In this document: in pieces, positions 31,629-40,703 of the stretch
Position numbering within the stretch: position 1 is the first letter of the stretch
Layout: each line of letters starts with the position of its first letter
IMG/VR virus record: IMGVR_UViG_3300043470_000556
Span: 1 to 61,091 of that record
From: a virus
Lineage: Duplodnaviria > Caudoviricetes
Length of the DNA stretch: 61,091 nucleotides
Direction: 5' to 3' (one strand)
Program-made: the position numbers and the translations under genes
The notes under the pieces: model-generated
The model's database searches: none
What the model saw: the letters and a program-made list of their open reading frames with translations, nothing else
Told to the model about the DNA's origin: nothing

Positions 31629-32555
31629 TTAGTCATCAGCGAGACTCGAGAAGTAACTCATCGTGTCATCGTCGCTGTCTTCCTTCCAAGGCGGACTGTC
31701 ATCTGTTGCCTTGGCAGCAGGTGCATTACGCATCTTGGTTTCAACGAACAGTTCGTCTTCAGCATCAAGCGGATTAACCTTCTCCGCAGTTGCCATACGC
31801 GAACCACCACCTGTCAGAACAGCATTCATCTTCGCCTTCAGTTCATCATATGACTTGAAGTTCGAAGGATCGAGGAAGGTTGCGAGAGAATGCGCATTCT
31901 TCCAAACCTGCTCCAACTTATCCTCATCATCGTCGAGAGGAGTTGGACCGTCGAATTCTGACTTATCGTAGTTGCGATAACCTTCAACCTGACGAATGCG
32001 CAACTTGAAGTTAGCACCTTCCCAAAGGTCGAATGGGTTGACTGGTTTCTCATCTTCAAAGGTTGGTTGCATTACATCCTTGATCTTGTCAAAGATTTTC
32101 TTACCATACTTGTAGAGGAATACCTTACCTTCATTCTCTGGATTTGCGGGATCGCGAATCACAAGAACGTTGGAGATGTAAGAAAGACGACGCTTTTGCT
32201 TACGAGCGATTTCCTTATTCGCTTCGATACCTGAGTTCCAAAGTTCGGAATTCAGTTCGCCGACGGGATCTGGTTTGTTGATTGTGGTCAACGAGTTTTC
32301 GATATACCACTTACCAGTTGGACCCTGGAAACCATGATCAAAAACGCGAACCCAAGGAAGTTCCTCGCCAGAAGGTGCGGGAAGGAAACGAAGAACTGCC
32401 TGTCCATTACCTGCCTTATCGACAGTTGGTTTCCAGAAGCGATCGTCGTCGCCACGCTTTTCATTTGATGGGTTTGCGATTGACTCAACTGCCTTCATGA
32501 GTGAGTCGAAGTTTCCGCGATTCTTGCGAAGTTCGGATAGTGAATTAATAGACAT
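31629..32555 (-). CDS. gp32: Single-stranded DNA-binding protein gp32
   Basis: Motif DDRFWKP.VDKAGNG.AV.RFLPA...HGFQGP.G.WYIENSLTT...GANFKLRIR.V.GYRNYDKSEF, plus an acidic tail. Confidence 0.96.
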   Translation of the reverse strand: MSINSLSELRKNRGNFDSLMKAVESIANPSNEKRGDDDRFWKPTVDKAGNGQAVLRFLPAPSGEELPWVRVFDHGFQGPTGKWYIENSLTTINKPDPVGELNSELWNSGIEANKEIARKQKRRLSYISNVLVIRDPANPENEGKVFLYKYGKKIFDKIKDVMQPTFEDEKPVNPFDLWEGANFKLRIRQVEGYRNYDKSEFDGPTPLDDDEDKLEQVWKNAHSLATFLDPSNFKSYDELKAKMNAVLTGGGSRMATAEKVNPLDAEDELFVETKMRNAPAAKATDDSPPWKEDSDDDTMSYFSSLADD

Positions 32556-32584
32556 ATTTTATTTCCTTATATTGCGTTGTATGT

Positions 32585-32758
32585 TTAATATTTGCGTTGT
32601 GTATTGTAATCATCATAGTCATCATACTCATCTGCATCATGACTACTGGAGTATTTATACAAACTCTTACGGTGTTTATTTGATTTATCAACACCCTTGC
32701 GTACTTCTTTTACTCTGGGTTCTGACCCATAGTAGTCTTTACTTCTTGAATTGCTCAT
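32585..32758 (-). CDS. Small hypothetical protein
   Basis: MSNSRSKD... start overlaps the gp59 stop (TAATG). Confidence 0.6.
   Translation of the reverse strand: MSNSRSKDYYGSEPRVKEVRKGVDKSNKHRKSLYKYSSSHDADEYDDYDDYNTQRKY
32652..32659 (-). promoter_or_regulatory. T4-type late promoter upstream of gp32
   Basis: Exact TATAAATA about 100 nt upstream of gp32. Confidence 0.55.
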
Positions 32759-33360
32759 TAACAGACCACTTGGCCTTTCTCCTTGATCCATAGTTGAGAG
32801 AATTTCGCCCGATCGATTCGAACGAACGGACGATACTTAATTATCAAAAGATTTAAATCATTCCAGATAAAATCATTTAACAATTCAGTATTTAGATTAT
32901 ACCTGAAATCTAGTAGTTTGTCAAGTATAATAACTGTTTCTAGTGAAATTTTTTTACCAAGTAACATTTTAATTACTATTGGATGTTGATTGTCATAAGA
33001 TACAAAGGGATCTTGTTCTAACTTCTCTGCTTCTAAGAGTAAGCGACTAATATCGTCTGCGAACATGTATGACAACCGATCGTGTCTACCTTTCCACTTC
33101 TCATAGATGTCGTCAGAATCTGCGCTAAAGATGCCGCCGTTCTTATCTCCTGCTGCAAAGTTTGCAACAAAGTAGTTGATAATTTCTTGACGAGCGACGA
33201 ACTTCTTCGCCAGTTTCCTGAATAGGAAAACATCTCTTCTTTTTAAGAAGGCAGACTCTGACGACTTGACAGCACCTTTAGTAACGGTGATGTCATAAGA
33301 CGCAGTAGTGAAATGTAGTTTAAGTGCCATATAGAGGCGATAAACTTCATATGCTTCCAT
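32758..33360 (-). CDS. gp59: Helicase loader gp59
   Basis: Motif Y..YMALKLHFT...YD...F..RRD...F.KL...ISLET.IILD...KY.PF; T4-like order gp33-gp59-gp32. Confidence 0.9.
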   Translation of the reverse strand: MEAYEVYRLYMALKLHFTTASYDITVTKGAVKSSESAFLKRRDVFLFRKLAKKFVARQEIINYFVANFAAGDKNGGIFSADSDDIYEKWKGRHDRLSYMFADDISRLLLEAEKLEQDPFVSYDNQHPIVIKMLLGKKISLETVIILDKLLDFRYNLNTELLNDFIWNDLNLLIIKYRPFVRIDRAKFSQLWIKEKGQVVC

Positions 33361-33635
33361 TAAAGTGGTAATTTCCCGCCAGATTTACGCTTCAGCATAT
33401 TTAGTTCTTCTGCTTCTGCTCTAATCTTTTCTTTAAGAGAAGTGGTGAGTAAAACAGCAACTGACTCCATCTCAATATCCTTTTTGACACAATAGTCGAG
33501 GAGAATATCCAAACAAGGAATACCATTCTCGAATGATTGTTTCTCTATGAATTGAGAGAACTCAGTTGCTGAATTATACTCTTTTGTAATTAAAAATTCA
33601 TTGGTTACTTCAGAACCATCCATTACCATATTCAA
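33360..33635 (-). CDS. gp33: Late-promoter transcription coactivator gp33
   Basis: Motif FS..IE.......D.LL.YC....IE.E.V..L....LKEKI..EA..LN.LK...LPL. Confidence 0.88.
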   Translation of the reverse strand: MNMVMDGSEVTNEFLITKEYNSATEFSQFIEKQSFENGIPCLDILLDYCVKKDIEMESVAVLLTTSLKEKIRAEAEELNMLKRKSGGKLPL

Positions 33636-33640
33636 AGTTA

Positions 33641-34246
33641 TTATCCTGCATAAAAAATGTGATCACCGATTTTTGCAACACGCCTCAAATTCCATCTTGG
33701 ATTGACATAATCCGCATGGTAGAATAGCACGTTACGTCCAAGTATACCGTGATTTGCCCCAGAAAGCAATACTTTTTCAGCAACTTTTTTAGATTCTGAA
33801 TATTGCTGGGCACTACGCACAGTCTTCTTTCCTTCGCATACCCATGAGAACTGGCAAACACGCTTTGTTCTCTGATACACGACTGAGCATACAGACTTCG
33901 GGAACTTGGGACTTTTCACACGATTGATAGTTACTGCAGCAACCGCCAACTTTCCTTGAGTTGACTGGTTTCCTGCTTCAAAGTAAATATTGTCTGCTAG
34001 ACATTTCAATTCGCGATTATTTGCTAAATGTATGTTTTGGGTTTCAATTTTTCTTAGTGCGGTTTTCTTTTTTTCTTCTGCCGCATCTTCTTTAATCTCT
34101 TGGATTACTTCTACAAAGCCGAGGGAATATTCCCTCGTATCTCTCTCGATAGCATCTTCAGCATATGAATTGATTCCATATAAACTATATACTAATACTG
34201 TAAAAATCGAAAGAAACTTGAAAAACTTCTTGTTAAAGGAAGTCAT
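33641..34246 (-). CDS. Cell wall hydrolase (SleB/Hydrolase_2) with N-terminal membrane anchor
   Basis: Motif CLA.NIYFEA.NQ...G..AVA.VT.NRV....FP..VC.VVYQ...CQFSW...FYHADYV.P.W...IG.HIFY. Confidence 0.9.
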   Translation of the reverse strand: MTSFNKKFFKFLSIFTVLVYSLYGINSYAEDAIERDTREYSLGFVEVIQEIKEDAAEEKKKTALRKIETQNIHLANNRELKCLADNIYFEAGNQSTQGKLAVAAVTINRVKSPKFPKSVCSVVYQRTKRVCQFSWVCEGKKTVRSAQQYSESKKVAEKVLLSGANHGILGRNVLFYHADYVNPRWNLRRVAKIGDHIFYAG

Positions 34247-34371
34247 CTTATTTCCTAATACTTGTTAAACTTGAGAGGGTATTATCCAGTGACTCCCCAC
34301 ACTGGTTGTCCGGAGACAAAAAAACCTACTATGCGTGCTTTTTCAAGTAGAGGCGTAGTAGGTCATGCAAA

Positions 34372-34379
34372 TATTTATA
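34372..34379 (-). promoter_or_regulatory. T4-type late promoter upstream of the cell wall hydrolase
   Basis: Exact TATAAATA in the intergenic region. Confidence 0.6.
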
Positions 34380-34423
34380 AGTGCAGAACCGTAGTGGAAC
34401 TCGGTCCACCTTCTTACTAGAAC

Positions 34424-34781
34424 GGTTGATAGTTTTATTCTGTTTCGAGGAAAAACTATCAAAAACCCAATGCTAGCTTAAGCAGCTAGGGCAAAGGCAA
34501 CGTTATCGTTTGCATTTACTTTTTGTGGGCGCTTTACCCAGTCAATCAGTCTACTCTCGCCTTCAACTCGCAGTCGAATCCTAAGTACGCCCCCATCATA
34601 GATACTCTGGCTAGAGAGTACCTGCGATTCCAAACTCTGCCTATTCTATTGCCCGGATTTCAGCAATAGTAATCGAAACTTTTATTAGCCGGTGTGTATT
34701 CGGCCCAGAGTATCTATGGTGGAGGCGAGGGGAGTTGCACCCCTGTCCTACGCAGCATTCAGATTGTATCAACAACTGATA
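34424..34781 (-). ncRNA. ssrA: Circularly permuted (two-piece) tmRNA
   Basis: On the minus strand the acceptor piece GGACAGGGGTGCAACTCCCCTCGCCTCCACCA (CCA end at 34717) comes before the 5' piece GGGGGCGTACTTAGGATTCGAC (starts 34594). The acceptor stem has G3:U70. The tag ORF at 34513-34478 encodes ANDNVAFALAA*. Outer ends are approximate. Confidence 0.93.
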
Positions 34782-34784
34782 TTC

Positions 34785-34815
34785 TATTTATACTATACAT
34801 GACGTAGGAAGTCAA
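34785..34815 (-). promoter_or_regulatory. Overlapping sigma70-like (TTGACT-17-TATAAA) and late (TATAAATA) promoters for the tmRNA
   Basis: -35 at 34815-34810, -10 at 34792-34787, TATAAATA at 34792-34785. Confidence 0.7.
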
Positions 34816-34820
34816 GTCTT

Positions 34821-35018
34821 TTATGCTTCCCAGGGAAGTTTTTTTCCTACTGAACCCCATTTACCCTTGGGACAGGATGCACGATTTAGTTTTGTTTTTA
34901 CTGGCATCAAACATCCGCATTGATTGCATATCCGTTTATGTATTAGATGTTCACACTGCCTACAAATTTCCATCCGTTGTTCGGAAAGTTCACTCACTGG
35001 TATAATACCCATTTTCAT
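34821..35018 (-). CDS. Small Cys-rich protein (DUF6171-like)
   Basis: Pattern R..IC..CE......C..CGC....KT......CP.GKW. Confidence 0.7.
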   Translation of the reverse strand: MKMGIIPVSELSEQRMEICRQCEHLIHKRICNQCGCLMPVKTKLNRASCPKGKWGSVGKKLPWEA

Positions 35019-35673
35019 AATAGTCGCGAGTGCGAAGAAGTTTCTTCACCCAATCATCGCGCTTTTCAATGAACACTTGTGGAGCATCGTCCTCAACTGC
35101 GATTAGGATTACCAACCATGGAACAGGAATACCAGTGCGTTCTTCATACATGATAGCATATGCTGCTGTCTGCATGAAGTAACTTTCAATGTAAGATTTA
35201 GATTTCGCTTTGTTGGAAGTCTTGAAATCAATAACAGCACGTTTACCATTATACTCAGCAATACAGTCGACGCGACCTGCCATACGCAGATGATCACTGT
35301 AGAGAGCAAGTTCCTGACAATGAATATTGCTGATTGGTTCTAAGATAGTTTTGAATTTGTTAAACATCTCAACATCAAGCATCGACGCTTTGACTTCATC
35401 AATCTTGTCGCTAACATTTTCGTTCTTAAGATACGTTTCGGTTAGCGTGTGAATCTTAGTTCCACGAGTTGATGCTTTGTTTGAGATTTTATTTGCTTCT
35501 TCCTCACCAACACGCTTTCGCCAAGCAGCGATAGAGTCGCGAGAGAGAACACCTAAAACGGTGGTGGCAGAGGGATATGCAGTGCCACTGGCATTTACAT
35601 AAACTCTACCACCATCTTCGCTCGTAGTTGATTGGGCAAAATCTTCATATTCATATATCGTTTCAAACATCAT
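34990..35673 (-). CDS. PD-(D/E)xK exonuclease (T4-like, Cas4-superfamily fold)
   Basis: Motif YPS.TTVL...WRKRVGEEEA...RGT..H...E..LYS..L..AGRVDC.AEY....IDFKTS...YF.Q..AY. Confidence 0.88.
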   Translation of the reverse strand: MMFETIYEYEDFAQSTTSEDGGRVYVNASGTAYPSATTVLGVLSRDSIAAWRKRVGEEEANKISNKASTRGTKIHTLTETYLKNENVSDKIDEVKASMLDVEMFNKFKTILEPISNIHCQELALYSDHLRMAGRVDCIAEYNGKRAVIDFKTSNKAKSKSYIESYFMQTAAYAIMYEERTGIPVPWLVILIAVEDDAPQVFIEKRDDWVKKLLRTRDYYENGYYTSE

Positions 35674-35679
35674 AAATCC

Positions 35680-35707
35680 ATTATACTATAATTGACAGAA
35701 AAGTCAA
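35680..35707 (-). promoter_or_regulatory. Sigma70-like promoter TTGACT-16-TATAAT
   Basis: Intergenic, immediately upstream of the exonuclease ATG. Confidence 0.65.
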
Positions 35708-35711
35708 GCCC

Positions 35712-36464
35712 TTAATTATGTTTTTCTTCGTATTCTAACCGAGCAAGGATATATTCCTTTACCAGTTTCGACCTGACAATATCATTAACAGAAAATTCAA
35801 CCGTCTTGAATGATGGCATCAGTTCTGCGATTGCGATAAACTTCTGGAGACCAGACATATCGTTCTTCTTATTTAGGTCGGTTTGACGGAAGTCTCCACA
35901 GAAGATAATCTTGGAGTTCTTGCCGATACGAGTCATAATAGAGTTGAGTTCCATGTCAGTCATGTTCTGGCATTCGTCAACGATTATGATTGAATTATCA
36001 AGTGTGATACCACGCACGAACGAGGTGATTAGGAAATGAACGGTCTTTTGCTCCTGCATGCGCAGGAAGGGTTGGATGTGATTGAACAAGTCATCACAGA
36101 TCTCAACATAAGGTAAAGTATAGACCTCTGTTTTTTCCTTCTCGTCACCTGGAAGGTGTCCGATATCTCTTGATGGTACTGCTGAACGCACAACAACAAC
36201 ACGCTCAAAATCTGTTGTTGGGTCCAGGACTTCTTCAAGTGCCTTATACATGGAAATAAAAGTTTTTCCTGTTCCTGCTACACCATGCAGTAGCATTGCA
36301 GTGGACTGTTGATTGTAAAGATCGAAGAAAAGTCGTTGATTCTGTGTCTTTGGTTGGATATGTCTTAGATCGTCATACTTAACTTTGCATAGTTTACTTT
36401 TTTCGATAGTTACCTTTGGTTCAGAATTCGATACAACTTGGAGATTGTTTTTTCTTCTCGTCAT
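35712..36464 (-). CDS. phoH: PhoH-like ATPase
   Basis: Motifs G.AGTGKT, RG.TLDN..IIVDE.QN, TRIG.NSK..FCGD..Q.DL and DIVRS.LV. Confidence 0.95.
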   Translation of the reverse strand: MTRRKNNLQVVSNSEPKVTIEKSKLCKVKYDDLRHIQPKTQNQRLFFDLYNQQSTAMLLHGVAGTGKTFISMYKALEEVLDPTTDFERVVVVRSAVPSRDIGHLPGDEKEKTEVYTLPYVEICDDLFNHIQPFLRMQEQKTVHFLITSFVRGITLDNSIIIVDECQNMTDMELNSIMTRIGKNSKIIFCGDFRQTDLNKKNDMSGLQKFIAIAELMPSFKTVEFSVNDIVRSKLVKEYILARLEYEEKHN

Positions 36465-36495
36465 AAACAGTCCTTATTCTTACTAGAGTGAATAC

Positions 36496-36528
36496 AAAAA
36501 AGGCGACTCCACACAAGGTGGGGTCGCC
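36496..36528 (-). terminator. Intrinsic terminator-like hairpin upstream of phoH
   Basis: Minus strand ggcgaccccacc-ttgt-gtggagtcgcc followed by T6. Confidence 0.7.
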
Positions 36529-36601
36529 CTTTGTTACCGAGGAAGTTCGGTATCTGAAATTGGAATGGGGATACTATTTTTTAAACTCATACAGGTATTT
36601 A

Positions 36602-37144
36602 TTAAACTGCATCGCTCCACCACTCTGGAATAGGACGATTTTTCCACTTTGCCATAGTTTTTTTTGCGCCGATGTAATAGTTACGATACGACTGCAGGGA
36701 GTCGCCCTGCACCTTGTATTCGTCTGGCATAGCAGGTGTTGGTTGTGTCAGATAACCTACTGGAATATTTTTTGGTGGTTGTCGCAACCAGTATACTAGG
36801 CGATCGGTTGCATGAATCTTACCGTAGCGATGCGTATATTCTTGCAAAAGTTCCTGGAATAAACACATCAACCAATTGTAATTATTGTTGGACTGTCGCG
36901 CCCAAATAGCACTGGGGTGATTAATGTGTGATGCTTTGTAAAGCATATTTTCCATCTGATCATGTTCAAGTCGCCAACGCTTGATTCGACGCCCAGAAGA
37001 GGCATCAATATATTCTTTGCCGTCAAGCATGCGATGTGCTGTTGACAGTAATTGGGCATACTCTAAAATCATTTTAACAACGTGTTTATCATTGTGATAT
37101 GTAGCACAAGTTTTGACGTCGCGGTCAAGGTAAAAAATATTCAT
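36602..37144 (-). CDS. Pyrimidine-dimer DNA glycosylase / DenV-related protein
   Basis: Motif MNIFYLD.....CA..H.DKH.VKMILE.AQLLSTAH...H.NHPS..W.R...EYT.RY.K.H...AMPD. Confidence 0.75.
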   Translation of the reverse strand: MNIFYLDRDVKTCATYHNDKHVVKMILEYAQLLSTAHRMLDGKEYIDASSGRRIKRWRLEHDQMENMLYKASHINHPSAIWARQSNNNYNWLMCLFQELLQEYTHRYGKIHATDRLVYWLRQPPKNIPVGYLTQPTPAMPDEYKVQGDSLQSYRNYYIGAKKTMAKWKNRPIPEWWSDAV

Positions 37145-37150
37145 AATATA

Positions 37151-37438
37151 TCAGTTCTCAAGTTTAAAGGGAATTTCCTCAATCGACTTACGAATGCATT
37201 CGATATGCGCTTTCGTAGTATTAGAAATATACTCTGATTCAAGTGAAAAGTCAATACATTTTATGACATCGACTGGATCCATTTTGATCAGATCGTCAAT
37301 AATTACACGATTATCAGTTTCACCAAATGCGTTTACGCAGAATAAAACAACATCAATGTCCATGTCCGAATATAATGGTATTCGGTATAACCGCTTTCCG
37401 TTAACAAACTTATCAGGGAATTTTAGAATATCCGCCAT
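37151..37438 (-). CDS. Hypothetical protein
   Basis: ORF packed between its neighbours, same orientation. Confidence 0.7.
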   Translation of the reverse strand: MADILKFPDKFVNGKRLYRIPLYSDMDIDVVLFCVNAFGETDNRVIIDDLIKMDPVDVIKCIDFSLESEYISNTTKAHIECIRKSIEEIPFKLEN

Positions 37439-37442
37439 AATA

Positions 37443-37964
37443 CTATTTATTAAAATGCGTTGAAAAAACTAGATGAAGTCTGTTGGCAGAAATTGAAGCA
37501 TTTATCGCAGTATGTTTGACATTTGTTTGTAAACTATACAATCTACCAATATCTGGCATTCGTTCTACCATGTCATCTACAACAAAGAATGCATCGGCAT
37601 CAGTGATCAACGGTATGTGATACCGAATAGAATCAGGGTCAACATGGTAACTCAAGCATGTTATCGGCGTCATGTTCATAAATCTAATTCGATCTATCGT
37701 CAGGTTACCATTAGAATAGTTGTATATTTGATTCTCTAATTTTTTGATCAACGGGAAAATATGCTGCGTATAATCCTGTCTTTTGAGAGTATTCTGATCG
37801 CGCAGACTACCTGCTCCAAGTTGAAGTTTTTCTTCAAAACTTAGCGCCTCGTCACCTTCTCTATATTTGAGATTGTGTTGTTTCATTGCTGGTAATTCTG
37901 ACCATAGTTTAATATATGGCGCAGGATCTATAGTAAATTCTAATTCTTTAATATACCTTGACAT
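37443..37964 (-). CDS. 2OG-Fe(II) oxygenase (aspartyl/asparaginyl beta-hydroxylase-like)
   Basis: R.RFM...P...LSYHVD (HxD)...RYHIPLIT...HTA.N....R.HLV. Start adjusted to MSRYIK. Confidence 0.75.
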   Translation of the reverse strand: MSRYIKELEFTIDPAPYIKLWSELPAMKQHNLKYREGDEALSFEEKLQLGAGSLRDQNTLKRQDYTQHIFPLIKKLENQIYNYSNGNLTIDRIRFMNMTPITCLSYHVDPDSIRYHIPLITDADAFFVVDDMVERMPDIGRLYSLQTNVKHTAINASISANRLHLVFSTHFNK

Positions 37965-39372
37965 TATAAAGTCCCTCGAACATCTTAGCGTCCTTGGTAT
38001 CATTTACCATAGGAAACCCTTTGATGTTAAGACTAGTATTAAGCAACATTGGGCAACCTGTTTCTTCATACCAGCGTGACAACAATTCAAATAATCCTGG
38101 ATGCTGCTCTTTGTTTACAGTTTGGACGCGAGATGTGCCATCAACGTGAACGATAGCAGGGAACTCTGTAGGAAATTTACATCTTGCAGTAAACTGCATG
38201 TAAGGGGATACTTCAACTGGCATGTCAAAATACTCTGCTGCATATTGCTCAAGGATGACTGGTGCGAATGGTCTAAACTTTTGTCTGCGCTTGATTGCAT
38301 TTACTTTGTCCTTAATGTCTGGTCTAGATGGATCAGCGAGGAGACTTCGGTTACCAAATGCCCTCGGACCAAACTCTGCTCTTCCACTAGCAACTCCAAC
38401 TATACCCTCTTTACGCAAAGAAGTCAATAGATTTTCTACGGGATATTCGGTTTCAATATTCTCACCGAGATATGGACCTTGCCAGTTTAGTTTTCTGCGG
38501 TTGTTTGCAGCAATAGCACCAAGAGAACTACCAGCATCTCCTGGGTTAGGAATAATCCAGATATTTTTGAAGTATTTTTTAGCGATGTGATTTGCCGAGC
38601 AGTTAAGTGCGCAACCCCCTGATAACACTAGATTATTTTGTGCTGGATCATTCTTCTTTGCGCGATGTAGAAGTTTATCAAATTCTTCTTCATATATCTT
38701 TTGCGCCGATGCGGCAAGATCGTAGTGATCAGGATCTTCTTTTTTCATCCACCACTTACAACCACGATGTAGATTTACTCGCTCATAGAGTTCGCGCATA
38801 TCCCAATAGTGCTTGTCAGGATTACCATATGCCGCCATACCCATGAGGATATATTCATCTTCGTTTGGTTTCAACCCAACTCTGTCTGTTATAGCAGAAT
38901 AAAATAATCCAAGAGATTTCGGATAATCCATACTCCATTGTTTCTTCATAACATGTGCGTAACATGTCCAGATAGATGCCGTATCAAACTCACCGATAGC
39001 ATCAATTACTAGAGTGGTTGCTGATTGAAATGGAGAGGTATAGAAACCTGCTGCGGCATGCGACTCATGATGTGAAGCAAATTCGACTGGAACTTCGAGA
39101 CCGAATTCTTTTAGATACTGCCTTACGCTAAAGCGAATAATTCCTTGCCCCGAAAGTAGTCTGCGCATACCTCTGAGTTTTGGTTTTTCATACCAATGAA
39201 TCTTTTCTGGTTTACCAAACTCTAATGCCGCATTGATCAGATCGGCATTTAGATGCTTGTCATTTTTGATTCCGCTATACCGTTCTGCGTGCGAAGCAAA
39301 TAAAATTCGTTCACCCTGCACCACAGTAAGAGCAGCATCATGCGCTGCAGCAGATATACCCCATTCAATCAT
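37948..39372 (-). CDS. Carbamoyltransferase (NodU/CmcH/TobZ family)
   Basis: Motifs HDAA, ER.S..K, HH.SHAA, DAIGE, SLGL.Y, E..LMG.A.YG, GGCALN, GDAG..LG, EFGPRA.GNRS.LA, KRR..FRPFAP, H.DGT.R.QT and LNTSLN. Confidence 0.95.
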   Translation of the reverse strand: MIEWGISAAAHDAALTVVQGERILFASHAERYSGIKNDKHLNADLINAALEFGKPEKIHWYEKPKLRGMRRLLSGQGIIRFSVRQYLKEFGLEVPVEFASHHESHAAAGFYTSPFQSATTLVIDAIGEFDTASIWTCYAHVMKKQWSMDYPKSLGLFYSAITDRVGLKPNEDEYILMGMAAYGNPDKHYWDMRELYERVNLHRGCKWWMKKEDPDHYDLAASAQKIYEEEFDKLLHRAKKNDPAQNNLVLSGGCALNCSANHIAKKYFKNIWIIPNPGDAGSSLGAIAANNRRKLNWQGPYLGENIETEYPVENLLTSLRKEGIVGVASGRAEFGPRAFGNRSLLADPSRPDIKDKVNAIKRRQKFRPFAPVILEQYAAEYFDMPVEVSPYMQFTARCKFPTEFPAIVHVDGTSRVQTVNKEQHPGLFELLSRWYEETGCPMLLNTSLNIKGFPMVNDTKDAKMFEGLYNVKVY

Positions 39373-40703
39373 TTGTATAACCACTCCAGTTCTGGAAATG
39401 TTTCTTTGAAGTTCGTGCCGCGAGCAATATCCATTTTCGAATATTCTTCCATGAATATTAAGTAATCTTCTGTAGGATACTCAAAAAATTTAAAATCAGA
39501 CTGCTGCATCTTTCGCATATTTCTAATTTTACTCATTGCAGTTTTAATTTTTTTCTTCTTGTTAGATAACGCAGGAGTGCCATTCACAACACAAGACAAA
39601 TACCAATCTTCAAATTCAGTCAAACAATTATCAACATATTGCCAATGCTGCTCTGGCATATTAACAATACTTAAATGTGTTGGGTTGCGAAGAAGATTTT
39701 GAAACATGTATGATTCAAACAAAGTGGTATTACATAAACTTGTTTGGTAAATTCCACAATCAATAAATTCTTGCACAATTTCTTTCAACCGATGTATATT
39801 GAACGCACTCAGAACAGGAACATATACTAATTTTTGTTTTGCCCATCCGACAGATCTATTTACTATTTCGAATGAATCGTGTATTTTTTTAAGATTCTCT
39901 GAGATTTTGTTCCAATCTCCAGGCCAGCGAATATAATTAAATCGCTCACCGACTTCGTCGATACTCGCCATGATCATTACGCTTTTGAATTGTTTCCAAT
40001 ATTCTAAAACATCTTTACCACGATATGTTAGAGTGCTGCAATTAGTAGAATATACTAGAGTAACTTGATTTGCTCTACCGCATTCTATAAGTTTTTCTAG
40101 TGTATACCAATGGTATTTTGATATCATCGGTTCCCCACCTGCAAAATAGATATCTCTAACGCTATCCAAATTGTCATCAATAAGTTTAAATGCAATAGAG
40201 TCATCTTTTGGTTCTATAAACTTTGATTCCGTTTGAGGTCTGCCCAATTTTTCATTTAGATCATACCACTTAGAACTCAACCCATGTCCGCACGTAATAC
40301 ATGCTTGGTTGCATCTATTACTGAATCTGAAATCCATGTACTTTAATTTGTCTGTTGTCATTTCACCAGATGGTAGGAGATGCGAAATATAATGATCATA
40401 CTCATCCGCATAAACATTGTTTCTATGCGTCCTAGAACTTTCTGAAGCAAATTTTTCAGTATCATAACACCCAGAACAAATGGGATTTTCTACGCCATCT
40501 ATCATATTTTTTCTGAATTGCTTGTACTCTTCTCCATTCCAGATCTCATTCCATGAAGAAACTTTGTTTATGTTTCCTAGTGGTTTCTGTAGTGTATCGC
40601 CCACACAACATGGCATAACGTTACCATCTGGTGAAACGTATGTATGCAATAATCCCAACATACAAAATGAAGGATTTTTTTTGAGATTGTATTCTCTAGT
40701 CAT
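39369..40703 (-). CDS. Radical SAM protein with N-terminal twitch/SPASM-like domain
   Basis: CNQACITC motif, FAGGEP, and N-terminal C...PCC...CSGC. Confidence 0.9.
   Translation of the reverse strand: MTREYNLKKNPSFCMLGLLHTYVSPDGNVMPCCVGDTLQKPLGNINKVSSWNEIWNGEEYKQFRKNMIDGVENPICSGCYDTEKFASESSRTHRNNVYADEYDHYISHLLPSGEMTTDKLKYMDFRFSNRCNQACITCGHGLSSKWYDLNEKLGRPQTESKFIEPKDDSIAFKLIDDNLDSVRDIYFAGGEPMISKYHWYTLEKLIECGRANQVTLVYSTNCSTLTYRGKDVLEYWKQFKSVMIMASIDEVGERFNYIRWPGDWNKISENLKKIHDSFEIVNRSVGWAKQKLVYVPVLSAFNIHRLKEIVQEFIDCGIYQTSLCNTTLFESYMFQNLLRNPTHLSIVNMPEQHWQYVDNCLTEFEDWYLSCVVNGTPALSNKKKKIKTAMSKIRNMRKMQQSDFKFFEYPTEDYLIFMEEYSKMDIARGTNFKETFPELEWLYK

Noticed and set aside
34255-34370. c-di-AMP (ydaO) riboswitch upstream of the cell wall hydrolase
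   Set aside because: The conserved GCUGAA/GGGGA/GGUGAA elements are not present in the expected order. Kept only as an unexplained structured region.
34717-34748. Stand-alone tRNA or attachment-site tRNA fragment
   Set aside because: It is the acceptor piece of the permuted tmRNA. There is no anticodon arm and no integrase nearby.
34990-35673. Cas4 of a CRISPR system
   Set aside because: No Fe-S Cys cluster pattern, array or other cas genes; this is the common T4-like exonuclease.
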